From: Somniosus microcephalus
Taxonomy: Eukaryota
Direction of reading: 5' to 3'
Assembly (NCBI GenBank): GCA_052327205.1
Contig: CM126228.1
Span: 31,186,001 to 31,250,000 of the forward strand
DNA length: 64,000 nt
The notes below the pieces were generated by a model. The model searched no databases. It saw only the letters and a list, made by a program, of their open reading frames with translations, and had not been told where the DNA came from. Numbering within the stretch: position 1 is the first letter of the stretch; each line of letters opens with the position of its first letter. Below are positions 1-7,893 of this stretch, piece by piece. The position numbers and the translations under genes are program-made.

Positions 1-28
1 ACAGTCACGTCCCGCAGGAGAGGAGGAA

Positions 29-955
29 ATGCTCGACACCTCCTCACTGGACGAGTGCCTGGAGGAACTGTCGCAGGGCAATGCAGCTTCTGGGACCAGT
101 GGCGTCCAGCCACCCAGCAGCCGTGCGCGTGGCCCGCGGCCTTCCCCCCAAAGGGGGGAAGGATCAGAGGGGAGTGCTGCTGCTCGGCACACTCGCCGTC
201 ACCAACGCGGCAAGGGTCCCCTAGTTCGGCCCCCTCCTCCCCAGCGGGAGAGTCGCGACTCCAGTCCGGACACCTTCACTTCGGAGGAGGTGCGGAAGCT
301 CGATCAGATGGCCGACGACTCGGACCGGCGCCACACGGAGCTCATGAGCGTGGTGGGGCGCATGCCTGAGGCCATCGAGTCGCTGGCGACCAGTGTGCGC
401 GAGTTCGGGGCAGCAACTGCCGCGACTGGCCGCATGCTAACTGATGCCGTCAAGACCCTGGCGGATGTGATGCGCGCGCACACCAGGACCACAGGGCCAC
501 TCACTGCTGCCACACGCGCTGTCTCAGGCAGGCATCGCCAGGGCAGGCGCCGCGCTGGACCATCCCAGCAAGCCGGCCGTCGGCTGATTGCTGCGGATCC
601 TGCAGTGCGGGCCCGGCCGAGTGCCACCGCGCCACAGCACCAGCCAGCGCATCCCAGACGCCTGCTGGCCCACATTGCGCCATCCGTCGCCGCCATTCCC
701 CCTCTGGGCCGTCAAGGGCAAGCGGCTGCAGCTGATGGTGGCCAGGCTCAGGTGCGCCACTCAGGAGACGGCCCCTCGAGGCCCAAACGCCGTGTAGGCC
801 GCCCCCCAGCGGCATCTGGCGGAAGGGCATCTGAGCCTCAGGCGCCTTCCCCCAGCCTCGCAGCAGCCACTGGGCAGAGCTTGCGAAGGAGCAGCAGGCA
901 GGGCAGGGGAGGCAAAATGCTGGCCAAGGTCTCGCCCTCGCGGGCCACTCAGTAG
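29..955 (+). CDS. C-terminal part (probably last exon) of the Harbinger accessory, Myb/SANT-like, protein
   Basis: 308-aa low-complexity ORF with a helical/coiled-coil-like segment (EEVRKLDQM...AIESLATSVREF...LTDAVKTLADVMR), convergent with the transposase, followed by AATAAA at 1067 and 1184. The Myb domain itself is not visible and is presumed upstream of the window, so the identity is inferred from Harbinger architecture. Confidence 0.6.
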   Translation: MLDTSSLDECLEELSQGNAASGTSGVQPPSSRARGPRPSPQRGEGSEGSAAARHTRRHQRGKGPLVRPPPPQRESRDSSPDTFTSEEVRKLDQMADDSDRRHTELMSVVGRMPEAIESLATSVREFGAATAATGRMLTDAVKTLADVMRAHTRTTGPLTAATRAVSGRHRQGRRRAGPSQQAGRRLIAADPAVRARPSATAPQHQPAHPRRLLAHIAPSVAAIPPLGRQGQAAAADGGQAQVRHSGDGPSRPKRRVGRPPAASGGRASEPQAPSPSLAAATGQSLRRSSRQGRGGKMLAKVSPSRATQ

Positions 956-1318
956 AGGGTGTGGCCAGCTTTCCTTTAATATGGCGGTGGCCATCTTTAT
1001 TTTGCCCATGGTTGTGCTTTTGGAGGGCTTTTTTTTTGCGTTAGGCCGACGTTGAGGCCCGGTTTCAATAAAGGTGGAGTGGCTCCTCCCCAGTTTGTGG
1101 GAGTGAGTCGTTTGTTGGGCTTTTTGTGGGGCCCGTTTATTGTTTTTGGGGATTCATGTGGGAAGGGCTTTTCATTTTTGTTTAATAAAAAATTATCTTT
1201 ATTCATGCAGTCTCCATGGTTGTTCTTCTTAGTGTTTGTTGGCTTCGCCGGCTGAGGGCTTGCGGAGCGGCTGCATTCATCTTCCCTCATGGCCCCTGGC
1301 CATTCCCTGACAGGGGGC

Positions 1319-2479
1319 TTAGAAGTACCGTGTAATAAGGTGGCGTCGTGCGGCCCTTGGCCCTGGTCGCTCCCTCCTGGGAACGTACTCCTGCTCCTCC
1401 TCCTCCTCCTCCTCCTCCTCCTCATGCTCCTCCTGCTCCTCCTCCTGAGGTGCTGGTCCAACGTCAGGTGGCAGTGCCTGAGTCCTGCGGATAGCCAGGT
1501 TGTGTAGCATGCAGCAAACCACCACAAATTGGGAGACCCGGTCCGGCGAATACTGGAGAGCTCCTCCGGAGCGATCAAGGCAGCGGAACCGCTGCTTGAG
1601 GACCCCAATAGTTAGCTCGATGATGTTGCGGGTGGTTTGATGGCTCTCGTTGTAGGCCTCTTCAGCAGCGGTCCTGGGCGCGCGGAGCGGGGTCATGAGC
1701 CAGGTGCACAAAGGATAGCCTTTGTCCCCGAGTAGCCATCCTCTTGGGGGAGGCTGTGCCTGGAACATGTCATGCACAGTACTCTGCCGCAGGATAAAGG
1801 CATCGTGGCTGCTGCCTGGGAAGCTGGCATTGACTGCCATGATGCGCTGCTTGTGGTCACAGACCAGCTGCACATTCAGAGAATGGTAGCCCTTCCTGTT
1901 GCGATACTGCTCGCCATGCTCCAGAGGGGCCCGCAAAGCCACATGCGTACAGTCAATGGCGCCCTGCACCAAGGGGAATTCCCCGAGTCTGGAAAATCCC
2001 AATGCGCGCTGATGCTGGCTCTCCAGGGCCATGGGGAAGGAGATGAATTGGCTTCTCCTTCTGAACAGTGCTTCGGTCACCTGGCGGATGCAGCGATGCG
2101 CGCCGTACTGGGAGATGTTTGCTATGTCCCCAGCAGCGTATTGGAAGGAGCCGGTGGCATAGAAGTTCAATGCCACTGTCACCTTCACTTCCACCGACAG
2201 AGATGTCCTGCACCTGAGCTTTGGCCGCAGATCTCGGCGAAGCAGGTGGCAGATCTCTGCAATCACCCCCTTCCGGAATCGGAGCCTTTTAACACATCGC
2301 GCGGCACTCATGTTTAGGTAGGAGCGCTGCTGGCGGTATAGCCTGACTGGGTAAGGCCTACGTGGCCGACGCCTGTAGCCCCCTCTGCCTCTAGCCAGGG
2401 CTGCCCCTCTCACAATGCGTCTGCGAGCCCTACGGACATGGAGCTGCAGCTCCGCGTTGGCACCCCATGCAACCCCCAT
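1319..2479 (-). CDS. Harbinger DDE transposase (HARBI1-like nuclease), intact ORF of 386 aa from the ATG at 2479
   Basis: Motifs RFRK, GAIDCTHV, YRNRKGYHSLNVQLVCD, FPGSSHDAFIL, LLGDKGYP, YNESH..TRNIIELTIGVLKQRFRCL, CCMLHNLA; acidic poly-Glu tail. Confidence 0.95.
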   Translation of the reverse strand: MGVAWGANAELQLHVRRARRRIVRGAALARGRGGYRRRPRRPYPVRLYRQQRSYLNMSAARCVKRLRFRKGVIAEICHLLRRDLRPKLRCRTSLSVEVKVTVALNFYATGSFQYAAGDIANISQYGAHRCIRQVTEALFRRRSQFISFPMALESQHQRALGFSRLGEFPLVQGAIDCTHVALRAPLEHGEQYRNRKGYHSLNVQLVCDHKQRIMAVNASFPGSSHDAFILRQSTVHDMFQAQPPPRGWLLGDKGYPLCTWLMTPLRAPRTAAEEAYNESHQTTRNIIELTIGVLKQRFRCLDRSGGALQYSPDRVSQFVVVCCMLHNLAIRRTQALPPDVGPAPQEEEQEEHEEEEEEEEEEQEYVPRRERPGPRAARRHLITRYF

Positions 2480-2972
2480 CAAATCCTGGCAAACACTCTA
2501 ATTTCCAAATGGCCACTTGCAGCGCTGTTGCCTGAGTCCAAAAATACCTGGCTCTTGCTGCTTGAAACCAGTTAGCTATCCTCCTTGTTGTGTCTCCAGA
2601 AATGTGTTGCACAAGACTGTTTTCTGAAATAATGGATGGCCTTTATACTGGAGAGGACGTTCCCTTTAATTAGCGCCCCCCGGGGCCCGCGCTGGTTGTG
2701 TTGCGTTCCTTTTTCCAAACGCTCCGGCCGCCCGCCGCACAATGGGGCGGTCCGACTGAAGTTTGCAATCGGGGCGGCCAAAGGGCGTTGCACGAGGATG
2801 TGACATCATTTTCTGCGCGCGCATCCGGGCGGGCGCTAAACTTTGCGCCGGCGCTAACGGGCAACTTAATTTGGGGCGGGGCGCAAACTGCGCTGCGCCC
2901 GGGCGCTACACGCATAGCGCCCGGAAATCACTTCTCTTAAGGCGCTAACTGCTGGCGCAAGCAACTGAAAAT

Positions 2973-5900
2973 CTAGCCCCTAGACTTTAAGGCTAGCAGG
3001 ACGGCCTTCCAAACTGTCGCATTTTCTCTTTCCACCTGTCCGTTCCCCCGGGGGTTGTAACTGGTGGTCCTGCTTGTGGCAATACCCCTAGTTAGCAGGT
3101 ACTGACGGAGTTCGTCGCTCATAAACGATGAGCCCCGGTCGCTATGGATATAGCTGGGGAAGCCGAACAGGGTGAAGAGGTTGTTCAGACATTTAATGAC
3201 CGTGGCACTGGTCATGTCCGGGCAGGGGAGGGCGAACGGGAAACGGGAGTACTCATCAATAATATTGAGGAAGTACACATTGCGGTCGGAGGAGGGGAGA
3301 GGCCCTTTAAAATCAACGCTCAGGCGCTCGAAGGGGCGAGTGGCTTTTATCAGGTGGGCCCTGTCTGGTCTATAAAAGTGTGGTTTGCACTCAGCGCAGA
3401 CTTGGCAGTTCCTGGTCATGGTCCTGACCTCCTCAATAGAGTAAGGCAGGTTGCGGGCCTTGATGAGGTGGAAGAACCTGGTGACCCCCGGGTGGCAGAG
3501 GTCATTGTGGAGGACCCGTAATCTATCGATCTGCGCGCTGGCGCAGGTGCCACGCGATAGCGCATCCGGGGGTTCATTTAGCTTCCCGGGCCGGTACAAG
3601 ATCTCGTAGTTGTAGGTGGAAAGTTCGATTCTCCACCTCAAGATCTTGTCATTTTTGATTTTGCCCCTCTGCTTGTTGTTAAACATAAAAGCAACTGAAC
3701 GCTGGTCAGTGAGCAGGGTAAATCGTTTTCCGGCCAGGTAGTGCCTCCAATGACGCACAGCCTCCACAATCGCCTGGGCCTCCTTCTCAACAGCGGAGTG
3801 TCTGGTCTCCGGGCCTTGGAGGGTTCGTGAAAAGAAGGCCACGGGTCTCCCCGCCTGATTGAGGGTAGCGGCCAGGGCAAAGTCGGACGCGTCGCTTTCC
3901 ACCTGGAAGGGGATGGATTCGTCCACTGCGTGCATGGTGGCTTTGGCAATGTCCTCCTTGATACGGTGGAAGGCTAAGCGGGCCTCTGCCGTCAAGGGAA
4001 AAGAGGTGGACTTGATCAGCGGACGGGCCTTGTCCGCATAGTAGGGGACCCACTGGGCGTAATAGGAGAAAAACCCTAGGCACCTCTTCAGGGCCTTGAG
4101 GCAGTGGGGCAGTGGAAGTTCCATAAGGGGACGCATCCGGTCGGGGTCGGGGCCGATGACTCCGTGTTCCACAACACAGCCAAGGATGGCGAGGCGGTTT
4201 GTGCGGAATATGCACTTCTCCTTGTTATATGTCAGGTTTAGGAGTTGGGCGGTGCGGAGGAATTTTTCGAGGTTTGCGTCATGGTCCTGCAAGTCACGGC
4301 CGCAGATGGTCACATTGTCCAGATATGGGAAAGTGGCCTGCAACGCATTTTGATCTACCATCCGGTCCATCTCCCTTTGGAAGATGGAGACCCCATTGGT
4401 GACGCCAAAGGGAACCCTAAGGAAGTGATAGAGGCGGCCGTTTGCCTCAAAGGCAGTGTACTGGCGGTCCTCAGGGCGGATGGGGAGCTGGTGGTACGCT
4501 GATTTCAGGTCAATGGTCGAGAAGACGTGGTACTGCGCGATCTGGTTGACCATATCAGCTATACGGGGGAGTGGGTAGGCGTCCAGCAGGGTGTAGCGAT
4601 TTATTGTCTGGCTGTAGTCGATGACCAGGCGCTGCTTCTCGCTGGTCTTAACGACCACAACCTGGGCTCGCCAGGGGCTGGTGCTGCCCTCAATAATCCC
4701 TTCTTTCAGGAGCCGCTCCACTTCGGTTTTAATGAAAACCCTGTCCCCGGCACTGTATCGCCTGCTCTTTGTGGCGATGGGCTTACAGTCGGGGGTGAGG
4801 TTAGCAAACAGTGGTGGGGGGGTGACTCTGAGTGTGGAGAGGTTGCACCTGGTGCGCGGCGGGCAATTTGGAAGCTGCTGGCTGCGGACTGTGAGTGGGG
4901 GTAGGGGTCCACCGTACGCCATCGTAACACTTTTAAGGTGGCACTGAAAATCTAACCCCAGCAGGACGGCAGCGCAGAGGTCAGGCAGGACCAGAAGTTT
5001 AAAATGATCGTACACGGTCCCGTCTACTACGAGTGTCACCACGCAGTAGCCGCCGATGTCCGCCGACTGGGACTCGGAGGCCATAGAAATCCGCTGTTGC
5101 GCAGGCAGGACTGGGAGAGAGCAACGCCGCACCGTGTCGGGGTGGATGAAGCTCTCCGTGCTCCCAGAGTGAAAAAGGCAGATTGTATCGTGACCATTTA
5201 CCTTAATGTCCATTGTGGAACTGGCCAGTTGGTGCGGTCTCGCTTGGTCCAGTGTAACGGATGCCAGCGTAGGGGTCGGTGTGTCGCTGCGGGTATCAGA
5301 TGAGGCGGTGTCGGGGGCCTGCTGCGTCCCGGCTGTCGTCCAAGATGGCGGCGTCCATGATCCCCATGTGGCTGGAGGCATCCAAAATGGCTGCTGTACC
5401 GGTGATTCGCACACGGCCGGGGAGGTCCAAAATGGCGGCCTGCATGGCCCACATGCGGCGCTGCTGGGGTTCGGGGTGGCTTTGGCCCTGCAGACGCTAG
5501 CGTAGTGTCCCTTCTTCCCGCAGCCCGAGCAGATCGCGTTTTTCGCCGGGCAGCGCGCTCTGGGGTGTTTTGCCTGGCCACAGAAGTAGCATTTCTGGCC
5601 TTGGGGCACTGCTGTCTGGCCTTGGGACACTGCTGCGGTAGTTGGGCCGTTGTTGGGGTGTGGCTGGGGTGGCACGGCGCTATGAGGCGGTCCTACCGTG
5701 TCCCAGGCTGTCATTCCCCGCGGCGTCCACGGTGCAGAGGAGTAGGCATCCATGCCCTGGTAGGCTGCATCCAACGATAGTGCGAGTTCAGAGGCCTTGT
5801 TGAGGTCGAGGTTGCTCTGCTCCAACAGTCGCTGTCGTGTGTAATTGGATCTGTGGCCCGCTACAAAAGCGTCCCGGATAAGTTCCTCTGTGTACACGGC

Positions 5901-6272
5901 GGCCTTTACATCCTTACAACCACAGGCCCGGCCAAGCACAGACAGTGCCTGAAGGTATTCCACGGTCGATTCCCCAGGTTGTTGTTTACGACTCCCCAGG
6001 AGGTGCCTGGCGTACACTTCGTTCACTGGGCGCGTGTACTGGTCCTTGAGGAGCTTGATAGCATCCGCGTACGAGGTCGCATCTTGGATGACCGAGTACA
6101 CTCGGTGGTTCACTTTGGAGGTCAGGACATCCAGTTTGTCCTCGTCCGATTTGATTGCTTCGGAGGCGGTCAGGAATTTTTCGAAACACTTAAGCCAGTG
6201 AGTAAACTTGGTGGATGAGTCCGCCTCCCGATGATCTAAGTCCAGGCATGCTGGTGTGAGGATGTTCTCCAT
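2973..6272 (-). CDS. Gag-Pol polyprotein (1099 aa, C-terminally truncated, protease catalytic Asp replaced)
   Basis: Two CCHC knuckles (CYFCGQAKHPRARC, CSGCGKKGHYASVC); protease LFHSGSTESFI; RT IDLKSAYHQ, PFGVTNG, YLDN; RNase H SDASDFALAA, EKEAQAI, TDQRS; integrase HHCC plus VDFKGP / SDRGSSF / NGQVERE. Confidence 0.95.
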   Translation of the reverse strand: MENILTPACLDLDHREADSSTKFTHWLKCFEKFLTASEAIKSDEDKLDVLTSKVNHRVYSVIQDATSYADAIKLLKDQYTRPVNEVYARHLLGSRKQQPGESTVEYLQALSVLGRACGCKDVKAAVYTEELIRDAFVAGHRSNYTRQRLLEQSNLDLNKASELALSLDAAYQGMDAYSSAPWTPRGMTAWDTVGPPHSAVPPQPHPNNGPTTAAVSQGQTAVPQGQKCYFCGQAKHPRARCPAKNAICSGCGKKGHYASVCRAKATPNPSSAACGPCRPPFWTSPAVCESPVQQPFWMPPATWGSWTPPSWTTAGTQQAPDTASSDTRSDTPTPTLASVTLDQARPHQLASSTMDIKVNGHDTICLFHSGSTESFIHPDTVRRCSLPVLPAQQRISMASESQSADIGGYCVVTLVVDGTVYDHFKLLVLPDLCAAVLLGLDFQCHLKSVTMAYGGPLPPLTVRSQQLPNCPPRTRCNLSTLRVTPPPLFANLTPDCKPIATKSRRYSAGDRVFIKTEVERLLKEGIIEGSTSPWRAQVVVVKTSEKQRLVIDYSQTINRYTLLDAYPLPRIADMVNQIAQYHVFSTIDLKSAYHQLPIRPEDRQYTAFEANGRLYHFLRVPFGVTNGVSIFQREMDRMVDQNALQATFPYLDNVTICGRDLQDHDANLEKFLRTAQLLNLTYNKEKCIFRTNRLAILGCVVEHGVIGPDPDRMRPLMELPLPHCLKALKRCLGFFSYYAQWVPYYADKARPLIKSTSFPLTAEARLAFHRIKEDIAKATMHAVDESIPFQVESDASDFALAATLNQAGRPVAFFSRTLQGPETRHSAVEKEAQAIVEAVRHWRHYLAGKRFTLLTDQRSVAFMFNNKQRGKIKNDKILRWRIELSTYNYEILYRPGKLNEPPDALSRGTCASAQIDRLRVLHNDLCHPGVTRFFHLIKARNLPYSIEEVRTMTRNCQVCAECKPHFYRPDRAHLIKATRPFERLSVDFKGPLPSSDRNVYFLNIIDEYSRFPFALPCPDMTSATVIKCLNNLFTLFGFPSYIHSDRGSSFMSDELRQYLLTRGIATSRTTSYNPRGNGQVERENATVWKAVLLALKSRG

Positions 6273-6529
6273 TATAAAAATGTTGTTAATAAAATTGATG
6301 CGCTATCAATTACTCATAAAAGACTGAGAGTTAGAAGAGTAACCAAAGGCTTTTATTAACAACAGAATGGAGGTCTGCCTCGAGTGGTCGACCGGTCCAG
6401 GATACAAGGGCTGGGGAGCAGTCACCTTTATACTAGGACCTGTGGGAGGAGTCAGCCGAGGCATGTCCAGGCATGTACACAGTGGAATACAAACAGGACA
6501 AACAGGAATACAAACAGTGGTTTACCACA
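2980..6529 (-). mobile_element. Ty3/Gypsy LTR retrotransposon: 5' LTR plus gag-pol, interrupted in the integrase by the Harbinger
   Basis: LTR at 6296-6529 followed by a single gag-PR-RT-RH-IN ORF in Gypsy domain order. The ORF stops inside the Harbinger TIR. Confidence 0.95.
6296..6529 (-). repeat. 5' LTR of the Gypsy element (234 bp)
   Basis: Minus strand begins TGTGGTAAACC and ends GCGCATCA (TG...CA). TATAAA at about 6427-6432 and AATAAA at 6352-6357. Ends 23 nt before the gag ATG. The second LTR is not in the window, so the boundaries are inferred. Confidence 0.8.
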
Positions 6530-6620
6530 GCTGTGCATGCAGCTCTGTTTGCCTACATAACAACAGTGACTACACTTCCAAAAATAATTCACGTGCAGCA
6601 CTTTGGGACATCTTAAACAT
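6530..6620 (+). mobile_element. 3' part of a degenerate Deu-type SINE abutting the LTR
   Basis: gctgtg...tttgcctacataacaacagtgactacacttc...gcactttgggacatc matches the 3' body of the SINE copies at 7445 and 15662. Confidence 0.7.
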
Positions 6621-7444
6621 ATACGTTCTTTCTTTGTACAGAAGAACAATAACATATAGAAGCTGGCGCCAAATAACACACTCACCAAAGCCGACCAGTG
6701 AACAATCTTTAGCAGTTTGATTCCCTGCTGATGTCATGTGGCCCAGTTCACAGTCTAGAATTTTATAAGATTACTTCAGACTTTGAGTCATAAAAGGGAA
6801 ACTCCTCCCATCTTCACGAAGCCATTCATCAAGAAAGTCCATTCATAAATGTTGCAGTTAAACTGATACTCTGGGTTAAGATATCCTGCTCTTAAAACAG
6901 CTCCCATAATAGCGACCAGGTTTTGCTTGTTGGAAGAAAGCTAGCAAGTGATTTTTAAGTTATTTTACATCTTTGAATTTGATACACATCAGTAATATGT
7001 GATGATACAAACCTGTTGCAAAATTATTTAAACAACATTCAACAGTGTAATAGAAAAATGGTTCTTATTAAACTTGGATAAATAGTTACTTCATGAAAAA
7101 CTAGACCTTCCTTCTCAAATATCAAGCCTGTTCACTTTTATCCACATATACTCTATTGGCTGCAGATCAGGGCTGTAACTGTAAGGACCATAGTTTCCCC
7201 TATTTTTGGAGAAAGGTTTTTTTCAGTAGAATTTAACAAATGACAGCTGAGTGCTATTTTCTTGTGTGGGATTTTGCAAAACTTGACTTTGTTAGTCAGG
7301 CGAACCGGCCAATCATGACACACTTGTAACAATGCCTCATTGTCATTTCTAAAACAGTTCAATAGCCACTTAATTACTATAACTGACAAATTTGATAATA
7401 AAGATGTGGCGTGTGTAATACGTGTACATCGTATACGTGGACTT

Positions 7445-7884
7445 GGGTCAGCCGTGGCTCAGTGGGAGCACTCTCACCTCTTCGTCAGAAGGTTGTGGGT
7501 TCAAGTCCGCACTGCAGGGGCTTGAGCACATAATCTAGGCTGACACACCAGTGCAGTGCTGAGGGAGTGCTGCACTGTCAGAGGTGCCGTCTTTTGGATG
7601 AGACGTTAAACCGAGGTCCTGCCTGCCCTCTCGTGTAGATGTAAAAGATCCCATGGCATTATTTTGAAGAACAGAAGGGGAGTTTTCCCTGGTGACCTGG
7701 CCAATATTTATCCCTCAATCAACAACTAAAAACAGATTATCTGATCATTGCTGTGGGAACTTGCTGTGCGCAAATTGACTGCCACATTTGCTTTGTTGCA
7801 ACAGTGATGGTGCTTCCAACATAAAGCACTTTGGGACATCCTGGGGTTATGGTAGGCGCTATATAAATGCAAGTCTTTCTTTTT
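7445..7884 (+). mobile_element. tRNA-derived Deu-domain SINE (SacSINE1-like) with L2-type tail
   Basis: Pol III A box (TGGCTCAGTGG) and B box (GGTTCAAGTCC). Body shared with copies at 12076 and 15662. Tail ggcgctatataaatgcaagt matches the L2 3' ends in this window. Confidence 0.85.
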
Positions 7885-7893
7885 CACTGCATT

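Larger units (their letters stand above)
1..2979. mobile_element. PIF/Harbinger DNA transposon (autonomous type); other end lies outside the window
   Basis: HARBI1-like transposase (-) convergent with a second ORF (+). The terminus reads GGGCTAGATTTTC on the minus strand (2967-2979), matching the GGGCTGGATTTT TIR of the element at 7894. Subterminal GGCGC(T/A)A repeats. GC/CpG-rich relative to flanking host DNA. Confidence 0.9.

Noticed and set aside
997-1608. 203-aa minus-strand ORF with poly-Arg and the plus-strand poly-Leu ORF at 1289-1507
   Set aside because: Alternative-frame readings of the (GAG)n poly-Glu tract in the transposase tail.
1319-2479. Domesticated host gene HARBI1
   Set aside because: Flanked by a TIR, subterminal repeats and a convergent partner ORF, and inserted inside a retrotransposon, so it is a transposon copy.
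3144-6218. Many 60-140-aa ORFs overlapping gag-pol
   Set aside because: Shadow ORFs of GC-rich coding sequence with no recognisable domains.
7445-7520. tRNA gene (A and B boxes; likewise near 12700 and 23100)
   Set aside because: These are tRNA-derived SINE heads continuing into repeated SINE bodies; no complete cloverleaf.
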